Source: the human T2T-CHM13v2.0 reference genome, Homo sapiens. Taken from it: a stretch of DNA of 64,000 nucleotides. Shown here in pieces: positions 24,818 to 36,957 of this stretch. Below the pieces are notes generated by a model, which did no database searches, had not been told where the DNA came from, and was given only the letters and a program-made list of their open reading frames with translations. The stretch lies in the NCBI RefSeq assembly GCF_009914755.1, contig NC_060931.1. One strand, 5' to 3'. The position numbers and the translations under genes were made by a program. How positions within the stretch are numbered: position 1 is the stretch's first letter; each line of letters starts with the position of its first letter.

Positions 24818-26999
24818 CCATCCAGTGTCATCTCTAAACATTGAGCATAAAAATCTAAAATTATTAACACAACCCACTGGACTAAGAGCTCTGTGAAGGC
24901 AGAGACTGGGCCCTTTCTATTCACTCTTGTATTGCTCTGCATTGTCTGACTCGGTATGTCTTGAATAAATGAGTAATTAAGAGAGAGAGGGAGAAGAAAG
25001 TGGGAAGAAAAAAAGATAAAAGGAGGAGGGGGAGAAGAATGACAAAAGGCATCTTGAAATCTTCCAGTCTCAACAAAATTTAGCTTTGTTGAGTCTGGAG
25101 TGTGGAACATATGGGTCTGTAGAAGCTGGACGTACTGTGTGTGAGTGGAAGGAAAATCAGTTGCTGTTTTTAGTTAGAAAAACCCAAGGCTGTCTCAGGA
25201 GCCCAACTCCCATCCTCCCAAGCTCCAGGGAAAGGGGCCTGGAAGGATTCAGCTCCAATCCGCTGAGGCCAGAGCAATTTCCATTCAAAAGAGGAGAGGA
25301 GGTGGGAGCCTGCTGGGTCCTCCCATCTGTGCTAGGCTGGGAGGTGGTAACTGCAAGAGAAATGGGCACCAGGGCATTCTGGGGAGCCCCAGGGAGGCAG
25401 CTGTGAGTCTCTTGAGACCCCAGCAATGCAGGCTAGAGGGCTGGATGGAGGCCTTCAAGCTCTCGATAGGGTCAGGGACATTGTCTTTGGGTCCTGGGGT
25501 CCTGAGGTCTCATTCTAGGTTTCCCACCTGCCCTGGTACTATACGAATTGTCTTTAGGACTCTAGAGGGGGCTCAGGCTGGGGACATAAGGGTTACCAGG
25601 AGGGCTTTGAGAGCTGTGGAAGATGCATCCTGAGAGCTCCCAGGCCCCGGCCTGGGGTGGGGCACCTTAGCAGATGCCCTTTAGGCAGCTGTAGCTGCCC
25701 CAGCCATCCTCTGGGCACCAGTAGGTCCTGGGTGAATCTCTGTTCCAGATTTGAGCTCTGGTCACTCAAAGCTGGGAGCTCACAGAGACACTCAGTTGTC
25801 CCTGTGCACATAGGAAACGTGAATCATGGTGGAGGGGGCGGTGACTGTCCTGAGTCACAAGTGAGCCTGCGGCGGAAGGAAATCAGAACTCAAGTTTTGG
25901 GGCTTCCGGTGCTAATGCTGAGTAGAGACCTGCCGTTTCCCCTCACTCTATCCTCAAACATCAATTTCACAGCTTTGTCTTTTTCTCCACCACTGGCCCT
26001 GGTGCATAGATGGTCCCTGGCACAAGGTAGGCACTCAGTAAATAGTTGTTAGGAGAATGCATCCCCTGTCCTGCTGCCAACATGAGAGCCCCCTTCTCCC
26101 CTTGTGCCACCCGCCCGACCTCTGCAGCCCTCCTCGCCCTCAACACTCATGACCCTGCTCATTCGCTCTGAAGTGGCCCTGTGACCTCGGCAGTGTCAGC
26201 TGGCAGCAGCAGCTGGCTGTGCCTGAGCCTAATGTTCTCCATTAAGGGAACATCTGTTGGCTGGGGCATGGGCCAGACGCAGCTATGCTCCACGGCCGTT
26301 CCACGGTCAACATGGGCTGCTGTAGCCAAAGATGTGCTATTGGGTCTCTTTCAAGGACATGATGTCACAGCCAAGCACATGCTGGCTAGATGTCCTCTGC
26401 TAATGGTTACACAGGAATTATTGATGACTGGCCTACTGCTATTAGACCTGATACCCAGCTCCCCTCATCTGGCCTTTAATGTCTTTGCCTTCTTGGGTTA
26501 TTCTTCTCAGAGCTTTCTATGGTACATCTGGTTCCCAAACTCTGTCTTTCCATGAGCAGGATGCTATGGGCCAATGTGACTGGGTGCGAACTCCAAAATA
26601 GCCGGGTGTGAATTCTGAGAGACAGGATTTTCTCCGTCTAAAAGCTGTGGATACCTTCTGGTCCAAATAGCACTCAAGCGTCACAGACCCCAACAGAGAC
26701 TGTGAGCTCATGGCGCCTGCTCCAGGCCCCTCCTCTTCCCAGCACCTTCCCAGGGGTCCTCTGGACCTGTCAGCAGCCCTGCCCCAGGCCATCTCACCTT
26801 GCAGGTCCCTGCTTTACCTCCCTGCCTATGGAGGCCTCTCGGGGCAATGGTTCCCAGGGACACCTAACTGGGATAATGAAATTAATGATTCTGTCGGCAG
26901 TGAACAGGCATTGAATGAGCCTGGCTCTATTCTGAGAGCTTTGCACGTATGAACTCATTAATCCTCACAGCAGCCCTGTGAGGCGGGCACTGTCGGTCA

Positions 27000-28040
27000 C
27001 CTACTGTCCCTGACATGGCACAGAAGCCCTCTCCATAGCCTTCCTTTATGATCCCCTAAAAGCTGCAGGCCTCTTTCCTGCAACTCTACTCTGCTGCCTG
27101 GCACTCCACACTCCTGCCTCCCCACCATCCTCTGCCACTCTCTCCTGCTCACATCACTACCTGTGCTTCCTCTGCCCACTCCATAAATATGGGTTCTCCA
27201 GGGTTCCTTCCTCCATGCTCTTCTCACTTTATGTCCCTTCTCAAAGTGAGCTGTCTCATCCCATGGCCTCAATCACTACCCACAGGCTGGAAGGAAAAGT
27301 GAGTGGCAGGGCCGTAGGTAGGGTCGTAAATACCATGTTAAGGATTGAGGGTGCTAAGAGCCCAGAAAGCATGGGATTGTTGGTGGGGGGCTTGTGACAT
27401 GGCCAGATATTCATTTTGAAAAGCTTCTGGTCATAGCTGTGTGGGGTTTGTGTACCTGTGGTCTCAGTGAGGGGTCCTGAGCCTCTTCACTGAGTAGGGT
27501 GAAGGGATAGAGAGTGGGGCATGGATTTCACAAGGTTTCAAGGTAAAACCAGCAAGGGCTTGATCAGGAGCACTAAAGGGAAGGAGCTGAAGTGGGGTGA
27601 CTCCCAGGTTTCCAGCTGGGGCTGGAACAGGCAATCAGGTTTGGGCAGGAGATGCTGCACTGAGTCTTGGACTGCTGTGTTTGAATCATCTTTGGTTCTT
27701 CAAGGTGGGGGTGTCCAGCAGGCAACTAGCTGTGGGCTCTACCCTCACAGAGTGGACAGGACAGAGTTGTCCACATGAAATTCTGTAACATCCATGAGCA
27801 GGGTGAGCTCATCCAAGGTGGGCAGGGTGGGCGGCCAAAGGCAGGACAGCTACCAGCACCTGCATTCGGTCAGGGCCGCTGGGCGGGACCCAGTAAGGGC
27901 TGAAATTGTTCCTTGGATTTGGCAGTGAAGAGGTCGCTGGTGACCTTGGTGAGAGGTGTTTCAGCATTGTGGGAGGACAGAGTCAGAGAAGCAGGGATGG
28001 AGCAGGAAGAGGTGGTGTCAGGCAGTGCGGGGAACTCTAC
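27000..28040. mobile_element. L2 LINE fragments, both orientations
   Basis: ctcatcccatggcctcaatcactacc; tgactcccaggtttccagctggg; ttggatttggcagtgaagaggtcgctggtgaccttgg. Confidence 0.55.
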
Positions 28041-28866
28041 AGAGGCTGGCAGGGCTAGAAGGAGAGGCAGGCACCCGGGAGAGGGGAGCCGCTGGGCCCC
28101 CTAGACCTGAAAATCTGGTCATAAAGCTTGACAATTTCCTCTTCCTTGCAGCTCATGTCCAATGAGGCACCAAATCTTGGGGATTCCTCAACACCTCTCA
28201 GTTCGTCTGTCCCTTCCTCTCCATCAGTCTGGAGATGCTGTGGGGGGCCTCTGCAGCAATCCCGGCCTCCACCTCTTCTGGTTCCGGGTCCTTTCACAAT
28301 TCTTGCTTGGCGCGTGCAGGCTTCTGCCTGGCTGGCTTTCCCCTCTTCTCCAGCTGATGAATTTGTGTCCCCTGCTGGGCCTGCCTTGGGAGTAGGTGGG
28401 GGGAGTGGAGCAGCAGCCTTAGACCAGCCTGTTCCTGCCCCTCCCCTTAGGGCGGATGGGGGGCCCTGCTGAGGGGGTGGATCTGAAGTGGGACCCTCAG
28501 TGGTGGCTGAGGAGGGGCTAGGGTGGGCATGTGGGAGAGGCTGCTGCAGAGACCCCTGCATCTCAGCATCTCATTCCTAGGGATCCAGCCCTGGCCTGCT
28601 GTGTCTCCCCTCCCCACACACCTGTGATGTTGTGCAGCTGTGGGGCTGCGGGTCTTCGGGGGTGTGGGGCGGTGTAAAAACAGGTGAGGGCTCCCTCCTT
28701 CCCGACCCAGGAGCTCCTGAAGTGCCTTGCGTCTCCATTCCTGTTTGAGGGATATTACCGGTGCAGGGCTGAGCCCTCCCTCAGACTGTAGGCCTTGCCT
28801 TTCCTCTCCTAAACCACTCCCGGCCCCCTGCAAGGGCCTGGCTTGTAAGCCGTGGAGCACACCTCA

Positions 28867-29602
28867 GTGTGTGTATATATAAGTGTGGGTGTGTGTGTAC
28901 ATGTGTGATGTGTGTGTGGGTGTGGTGCATGTGTGCACATTCATGTGTGATGTGTGTGGTATGTGCTTACATGTGTATGGTGTGTGTGATGTGAGTGGTG
29001 TGTGTGTGATGTGTATGTGTCTGGTGTGAGTGGTGTGTATGTGATGTGTGTGGTGTGTGTGTGATGTGTGTGTGGTGTATATGTGTGATTGTGTGTGGTG
29101 TGTGTGGTGCATGTGTGTGGTGTGTGTAGTGTGTGTGTGTGTAGTGTATGTGGTATATGTGGTGTGTGTGTGATCTGTTTGTGGTGTGTGTAATGTGTGT
29201 GTGGTGCATGTGTGATGTGTGTGTGTTGTATGTGTGTGTGATGTGTGTGTTGTGTGAATGTGTGTGTGTAGTGTGTATGATATATGTGTGTGGTGTGTGT
29301 GATGTGTGTGTGGTGTATGTGTGAGTGGTGTGTGGTGTGTGTGGTGTGTGTGATGTGTGTGTAATGTGTGTGTGGTGTATGTGTGATGTATGTTGCTGTG
29401 TGGTGTCTGTGATGTATGTGTAGTGTGTGTGTGTGATGTGTGCGGTGTCTGTTGTGTGGTGTGTGTGTGATGTGTGTTTGTTGGTGTTGTGTGTGTGTTG
29501 TGTGTGTAGCATGTATGTTGCTGTGTGTGGTGTCTGTGGTGTGTGTGGTGTGTATGTTGGTGTGTGTGATGTGTGTGGTGGTGTGTGTGTATGGGTGTGT
29601 GT
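28867..29602. repeat. ~735-bp degenerate (TG)n/(TGTGG/TGTGA) low-complexity repeat ending 36 nt before exon 4
   Basis: Direct reading; source of the His/Thr and Cys/Val ORFs in the track. Confidence 0.97.
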
Positions 29603-29638
29603 GGCTGGCCCCTCTCACCATGGCTGTCTTACCCACAG

Positions 29639-29746
29639 GCTGTCCTGGGATGTGGGACAACATCACGTGTTGGAAGCCCGCCCATGTGGGTGAGATGGTC
29701 CTGGTCAGCTGCCCTGAGCTCTTCCGAATCTTCAACCCAGACCAAG
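29639..29746 (+). CDS. ADCYAP1R1: Exon 4: (G)[35 protein letters not shown]; skipped in the very-short isoform
   Basis: acccacag|GC ... CAAG|gtgggt; 108 nt, phase 1-1; class B CxxxWDxxxCW motif. Confidence 0.97.
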
Positions 29747-32260
29747 GTGGGTTTAGCCCAGTCTCTTTAGGCCACGCTGGCCTAGCCTGCTCCCCAAATT
29801 CGGCCCCAGGCAAGCACCAAGGACAGGGAGGCCACCCTGTGGGCAGACAGTCCCTGCTCCTGAGCTCACATGTGGTGTGGGGGATGAAACCACAGACACT
29901 TGCACACACGGGGACACAGGTACACATGGGAACCATCGTTGTGGATGAAAGCAAGGCTGTGCCCTCACGCGTGGGATCCATGCCAGCTGTCACTCACCCT
30001 CCAGCCCAGGTCCCTGTCTGTCAGCTGGGTATGTGGCCCGGTGGCCCCCTCCCAGGGTGCTTCTGTGAGGGTAATGTGAAGCGATGCTGTGGACGCCACT
30101 TAGCACAGGACTTGGCGCGCTTTGAACGTGCAGTAGTAAATGTTAGCTGGGATAATTGTCACCATCCTCCCACAGCCACAGATCCTCAGCGCCCAGTGGG
30201 AGGCATGGAGAGAGACGCACATGTAGACACCCCCCTCAGGCAGAATGAGACGCGTGGGGAAGGCAGCTGGACACAAGACACCCACGTCCACATGCAGAGC
30301 CACTTAGACGCAGGCACAAGGCCCGTTGGGGCTGGCGCACACTCACGTTTGCTCAGCAGAGCATTTTCTGGGCCCTAGCTGCCCTCAGGCAGTTACACGG
30401 GCTCAAGATGGGAGGAGCTGGACCTTGGGCTACCTGGGGAGAGGGTGCCACACACGGGGAGCAGTGCCACAGTGCTGTCGGTGACTTGTGGACGTGGGCT
30501 TGGAGGCGCGGGTGTGCGATGGCGCCTCCCTGAGAGGGAAGGCTGGGTGGGTGCGGTGTCCTGCAGACCTGGGTTTGGGGCATATCTGTGTTTGAGGTCT
30601 CTGAGGGCCACTGAAGTGCTGTGGAGATATCCAGGGGCCACCAAAACGATAGAGCAGCCCGTGAGTGGGCAGAGTGGCTGAGCTTTGTGCACAGGTGGGA
30701 TGTAGGGTGAGGGCAGGGGAGAGAAGGCGATGCTCTACCCACAGGCAGAAGCCCTGGTAGCCCCATCTCCATTGCAGGGGGTGTCTGAGGGAAAGGGGTA
30801 GCTGTAGATGACTTCTTTGGATATGGGTCCCTTGGGCTCTTCCAGAACGGTTCCTGCCTTTCGGCTGGGACCTGTGAACTCCTCCATGGGCCTTCTACCC
30901 CATCCCTGTGAGTGTCACAGGAGGCAGGGTGGCCAGCTGAAGGCACTGAGTTGGGGCTGGGCAGGGAGAGCTGGAGGGACTGGCTCCAGCCAGGTGACTT
31001 ACTGAGCCACCTCCTGGCCATCAAGCCATGGGCGGGGGCTCCCGAGGGTATCAGAGGGATCTGAGTTGTGTGTGGCCATGTGACCTGGCCTTAGCGTTCT
31101 TCTTTTCCAGCCTAAGGCTTAGGCTGATGTCCTAGAAGGGGCGAGTTTCCAGGCTCCACTCCAGCACTGAGTCCTGCCTGCTGCAGTCCCCTGTCTTCTC
31201 TGAGAGGCAAAAGGCAAATTTGCTAATTTGCTGTCAAACCTCGAATTCCAATAACTGACTCTGTCCTGGAGGGGGAGGGGCTTGCAGGAGGTGGCAGAGA
31301 AAACAGTGGCCTGTGTTGGGGGTCCCAGGTCCCCCCGTCTCTGGCTCCCACCCCAAGGTTTGTCTAAGATGCACTGCACTCTGCAGCAACACCTCCACCT
31401 CCAGACCACCGGCCGGCCCGGGAGGAGGGTGGCATTGAACTCTCCCATCTGAGGGCCTGGGGATTGGGTGTGACCTGAGCAGTCCAGAGTGAATTTTGAA
31501 AGGGGATACAGGCAGCGGAAGTGCTGGAGTGAGAGATACAGTGGGACTGGGGGGCAGTCAGGCATGGTGGCAGCCAGTGAGTGATTCAGCCTGATTTCCA
31601 ATTCATTCCTGTAGAAGCCAACTTAATCACTTCCTCCATTCATGTATTTCTTTCGTTCCGTCATTTATTTAAAGTTTGTTTATTGAACATCTACTCTGGG
31701 TCAGATTCCATGCCAGACTCCGTCTTCTCAACAACGAAAGGCAAAATGAATCAATGGTAAAATAAGATTTTCTTAAGACACACTTTCCTCCACACTCCCT
31801 CCTTCCTCTGGCAGTGGCACAATGAAGGTGTTATTTACACCTGATTCTTAATGGTTCATTAAGGCAGGGCCTTTTAGCACCTCTGTTCACAAAACTTGAT
31901 TGGTGAGACTTGCCTTGAATACTTTGCAAGGAGAGAATGGGATTCCTGTGTTTCTTCTCAGTTCCCAGGTAGCCTGTTGTGATGACTGTGGCTGTGTAGG
32001 ATATTGGAGAGACTGGAGATGTGGGAGCACGGATCTCCCTCCTCCTCTCAAATGCCTCTGCTTGTTTCTGTTCTGGAGGTCTCCAGTGTCCCCAGCTTAT
32101 AGTCCTGATGCCTTCTGGGTCCCCCAGAGCCCCTCTTTAATGTTTGGGGTTGGGAAGGAGGAGGAAGTGATCAGCAAGACCCAAGGAGAGCAGCCCCTGA
32201 CTTTTCTCACCCCGCTGCTCACCTCTGACTTTTCTCTCTCTCTCTTTCTCTCTGTTTCAG

Positions 32261-32281
32261 TCTGGGAGACCGAAACCATTG
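32261..32281 (+). CDS. ADCYAP1R1: Exon 5: 21-nt microexon (V)WETETI(G); skipped in short isoforms
   Basis: Long CT tract then tttcag|TCTGGGAGACCGAAACCATTG|gtaaga; phase 1-1. Confidence 0.95.
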
Positions 32282-33360
32282 GTAAGAGGAACCTTGGTGA
32301 GGATAGACCGCTGTCTTTCTGTCCATCCAGCAGGAGCCCAGCCTCAGGAGATCCCAGGCTCCGGCTGCTGGGATTGGGGTGGGGGTGGAGTAAGAGGCTC
32401 ACTGGGTATCAGGTTCTTTCCTCCTTCCTTCCTCCCCTCTCCCCGACCTTGGCCATTCTGGAGGTCGGGGGGCACAGGAAGATGCACAACACAAGCACGA
32501 CCTCAGGTCCCTCACAGGCTTGTTTGGGAGGACAGGACTTACCAATGGAGGGGCTAAGAAACAAGCTCACGCATGAGTGTAGCTGCATATATGTGCATAT
32601 GCCCAGACCTGAACATGTGCATCAGTCCATGCAGATATTGACATCCCTGACAGCTAAGAAGCCGGAATGCACAGTGAGCAAGAGAACAGAAGAGCAAATG
32701 ATGCAGCATGCAGGCAGAATAGTGAAGAAGTCAGGGGAGGCTTCCAGGAAGAGGTGGCATGTCAGCTGGACCTTGGGAAAGGAGTTTTGAGAAGCGGGGA
32801 TGGGGTGGAAATGGGGTCTCATTGCTAACAGGGGGTTTGGCATAAGAAAAGGGTGGAAATGGGAATAAAGGGTAGGGAGAGAAGAAAAATTGTCTGAAGA
32901 TGAAGTCTTCTGGATTCCCTTTGACGGAGAGCAGTTTTGGAGGCTGAGGTGGAGGGTCGAGCACCAAAAAGGAAACCCCAAGCCCTGGGCCCACGTTGCT
33001 GTGGTTTGCCCTTTTTTTGAAAAGGCCCAACCATCCCTTTTCATTTTCTCCCATTCCTCTCCATTCTGGAGGCCCTCCCATCCTCCTGGCAGTGCCCATT
33101 TCCATTACCTGTGGTGGTGGAGAACTGAGTCCTGGACCATCCTGAACGTCACAGAAATGCAAAGCAAGTGAGAGTGGTGTTAGAAGGTGTAGTGTGTGAG
33201 AAAGGTGCGCGGCTGCTATGTGTGATATTGCCTCTTGGCCAGGACTCCATCCCCTACTTCCTGTAGACCAGGGGTAGCCTGAGCCTTCCAGGGTGGAGAG
33301 TAAACAGTAGCTAACTGTAAGCCAGGCATTTTGATATATGCCTATGTCTGTATTTTTCAG

Positions 33361-33402
33361 GAGAGTCTGATTTTGGTGACAGTAACTCCTTAGATCTCTC
33401 AG
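33361..33402 (+). CDS. ADCYAP1R1: Exon 6: (G)ESDFGDSNSLDLS(D), 42 nt; skipped in short isoforms
   Basis: tatttttcag|GAGAG...CTCAG|gtaagg; phase 1-1; not listed in the ORF track. Confidence 0.95.
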
Positions 33403-33702
33403 GTAAGGGGTTAGGCTGGGGTTGACCATGGACTGGCTGGAGGGAGGGCGTCTGCTGACATGTGAGCTTTGAGAACCCCATCCCAGGCTGGGCTCTGCTC
33501 CTCTGTGGCTGTGTGATCTTTGGCAGGTGACTTTTTTTCTCTGATAAAGGTACAGATTATCTTCATGGAAAAGCACACAGATAGAACATCGTGTGTAGAA
33601 TTTCAGGGGGGCCACAGATGTCTTAGAGTCCCTTTGTGGACTTCAAATAAAGAGCTCCTGGATTGGATGATCCTTGACTGTTTCTGAACTCCAGCATCTA
33701 GA

Positions 33703-33885
33703 ACAGTAGCTCTCAAACTTTAACCGTGCATCACAGCTACCTTGTGCACTTGTTAAACCCAGGTTCCTGGCAGTCTCTAATTTATTCCGCCTGGGGTGGG
33801 GCCTGAGAATGTGCTTGTCTCGCCAGTCTCCCAGGTGATGCTGATGGGCTGATCCGGGACGGGCACCCCTTCGGGAAACGCTGCC
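33703..33885. mobile_element. MER5A-like element
   Basis: cagtagctctcaaacttt...ctggggtggggcctgagaat...cccaggtgatgctgatg. Confidence 0.7.
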
Positions 33886-35317
33886 CAAAAGTTTCGTGTT
33901 CCTGTGCAGTTACTGGGGCGAATCAGCCTAGTGAAGTAGGCACAATGACCGCGGGGTTTTGACAATCTCAAGAGCACTCCATCTTCCGGAGATTTCTATC
34001 AGAACAATACAGTGGCAAATTCACAGAACAGTTCTGAACAAAAGGGTTTATACTTCTCTGAGCCCACACTGTGTTATAAAAAGGAAAAAAAGAAAGAAGG
34101 AAAATAAAAGAAAGGAAACCGCTTTTCCTTCTAGAACACTGTTTTCAAAAAAATTGTTTTTCAAAGCAGCTTCCCTTTCCTCTTCCCACCATCCTGATGT
34201 GAGCAAAGCAGAGAGGAAATGAGGCCCAGGGAGGGGAAGGAACTTGGCCACGGTGGTGATTTCCCTGGGACATTCAGACTTTCTGAAAGAAGTGTTCAGA
34301 GGGACTTAAAAGGAGGTTGCCTGAGACAGATTTGCTGGAAGAAGGGACAGTTTGGCATCAGCTGTGGGACAGAAGTGAGCTCCTTTGCTCTCTCTGGGCT
34401 TGCCAAACTTCCCCCTTAGCCTGTGCCGTAGAACTCAGAGCTGGAGAAGGACTGTTGGAGTCTCCCTGTTGTGGGCAGAACTCTCCTTTCGGGCAGAGTT
34501 ACCCATCCCAGGAAGTTCATTTCTGACTTTCTTGGCTAAAGAGAACTGGCCTTAGATCTTCTAATGCAGGAAGCGAGGGACACAGATTGGAAAAGTGGAA
34601 GGATCTCTTCTCTTGGCCTCTGCCTCCCACAGAGGCTGACCTGCTGCCCTCCTTGCCTCTTTCCTGAGCTCCCTGGAGGTGGCCTTGGCCACAGAGGGGA
34701 GGTTTCTGTCCAGCAGTATGGGTACTGGAGCCCCTTTTCTGCAGGTGTCTCTTGTTTTATACAATGTCTTGGTCTTTGAATGCTGTGAAGGGAAGAACCA
34801 ACCACATGTGTCCTGATAGACCGGGTACGCTCCCAGTGTCAGGCGGGGGCCACACTCAGGTGCTGGGCTGGAGGAAAAGGGAGCTGCTTGCTCACCCCCC
34901 TGCCCTGGACATGAGTGGCTCACCATTATAAACCATCGGGTGAAGGGAGAGTGAAAAAGCAATCATGAAAGACTAACATGGCCCTGGGCAGGGCAAAAAC
35001 CAGCCTGGACTTCACTGTGCAGCCAGCAAATGACTCATTTAATGGCCATGACTGATCCCACCCCCTCGAGTGTCCCACTGAATGGCCTTAAAGTCAACCA
35101 AAAGCAAATTAAAGTACATTAGTGACAGGAAACAGCCCTCCCAAACTCTGAAAGACAACACTTTAAAAGAAACCCAAATATATATCTTCGTAAGATCCGG
35201 CCCTACGTTAGTGGAAATCTGGACCTTGTTAATGAAGCAAGCCCTGTGTCCCCTTGATGTGAGATGTTGCAGCTGCTGTGAGGCTTAGAGCTCTGAGGGA
35301 AAGCATCACATCAAGCT

Positions 35318-35485
35318 GTGTTCCCAAGGTGTGCCAAGGACCCCACCCACACCCTGCAGTCACCAGAGGGGATTCCTGAAAGTGCCCAGATCTCCTGACA
35401 GAGTATCCCTAAGGGCAGGCCTGGAATCTGCATTTGTGATCAGTCTCCTAGGTGGTTCTGCACACTGACATTTGAGAAGTGCTGA
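35318..35485. mobile_element. MER5-family element
   Basis: ggcctggaatctgcattt...ctaggtggttctgcacactgacatttgagaag. Confidence 0.6.
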
Positions 35486-35788
35486 TCCAGGGCCCAGGGG
35501 AGGACTCAGGCCCATCCCTGATGAGCATTTGGAAATGTTCGAGAGGGGAGGGATGCAGGGATGCTGGATTCAGCTGGCGCAGTCTCCCCATCTTTGGTTG
35601 AGATGAGCTTGCTCTTTGTCTCTCCATCCCTCTGATCAGCAATCACTGATTTCTGAAACCTTTCCCCATGCTTCCCAGTTGGTCATAGGGGTTTCCAGGA
35701 ATTCCCACTGAATACGTAATTTTTGCATAAGAATTTCAGGGCCCTCTTAATCATTTCTGGGCCTCGCTGAGTTTTCTTTTTGCTGCAG

Positions 35789-35898
35789 ACATGGGAGTGG
35801 TGAGCCGGAACTGCACGGAGGATGGCTGGTCGGAACCCTTCCCTCATTACTTTGATGCCTGTGGGTTTGATGAATATGAATCTGAGACTGGGGACCAG
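35789..35898 (+). CDS. ADCYAP1R1: Exon 7: (D)[36 protein letters not shown]
   Basis: ttttgctgcag|AC ... CAG|gtgagt; 110 nt; RNCTxxGW motif. Confidence 0.97.
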
Positions 35899-36384
35899 GT
35901 GAGTGTCTGCACCCTGCTCCCCAGAGGTGGTGAGGGTAGGGCTGAGGAAATTTAGGTCAGTAGGCAGCATTCATGAGCACCTGCTGGGGCTGAGAAGCAA
36001 CTGGGATGCTGCCTACTCCTCCCCACCTGCACCTGGCTACTCTTACAGGATACTGGAATTAATGCCACTGGGTTAATGCCAGGCCCAGCAAGGGGCTTCC
36101 TGGACCTTTGTGTAGTCCAAGGCTGTGTCTGTTCTGATTGGACAGCGCTCTTGCCTTCAACAGCATATATTGAGCATCTGCAGAATGCTGACAGTGTGCA
36201 AAGGGGACCAAGAGGCTTGGCCAGGGGTGGGAGGTGGTGGAGATGATATCAGCAGAAGAGAGGAAGGAGGAGCTAGGCCTGGAGGTGGGCAGGCCCTGGC
36301 CTGGGAGACTGGGTGCAGGCCTGAGGCAGCCTGGCTGTGGGCAGGTCTCACATGAAGTCCTGCATGTCCTGTGCTCTGCTTCAG

Positions 36385-36482
36385 GATTATTACTACCTGT
36401 CAGTGAAGGCCCTCTACACGGTTGGCTACAGCACATCCCTCGTCACCCTCACCACTGCCATGGTCATCCTTTGTCGCTTCCG
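36385..36482 (+). CDS. ADCYAP1R1: Exon 8: TM1, [32 protein letters not shown](R)
   Basis: tgcttcag|GAT ... TTCCG|gtgaga; 98 nt. Confidence 0.97.
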
Positions 36483-36957
36483 GTGAGACCCTCAGCAACA
36501 TTCAAGCAAGCACCAGAGCTGGCCAGGGCCTCAGAGGCCTTGGTGCATCTCTCCCCTCCCCCCTTGATGTCAGCCCTAGAAGACCCCTTTGAAGGCATTT
36601 CTCCCACCCCAAGGATAACAGATGGGAAACTTCACTCCAGAGAGGGCAACTGACTTGTCCAGGGCTATGCAGCCAGGCAGAGCCTGGGCAGGAGATCTGC
36701 ATTCCTTGCTTTTGTCTTCCTGGTCTAGAAAGACAGAGGCCACAGGAGGGAGAAGTCTGGCCATGTGGGGTGGTGGAGCTGGGTTATAGGGGCCTGGAAG
36801 TCAGTGAGGATTTAGAGAGGTGGCAGGAAGGAGGGTGGCCTGGGTGGGAGACCTGCTGAGATAAAGCCACAGAGTTGGCCCACCACAGATGCCCACATGG
36901 AGGGTGTGAAATGCTGTGGGGTCCAAGGCTTCTTTCTCCCCTGGCCCACTCATGTAG

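Noticed and set aside
28867-29602. Repeat array as CRISPR-like or encoded-message structure
   Set aside because: No fixed repeat with unique spacers; irregular dinucleotide-derived slippage pattern in mammalian DNA.
28864-29993. His/Thr-rich (minus) and Cys/Val-rich (plus) ORFs up to 350 aa
   Set aside because: Translations of the TG/CA low-complexity repeat, not metal-binding proteins.
35899-35955. Intron 7 retention giving a complete soluble extracellular domain (stop after 18 codons)
   Set aside because: Strong donor CAG|gtgagt, no poly(A) signal seen in the 486-nt intron, and the transcript would be an NMD target.
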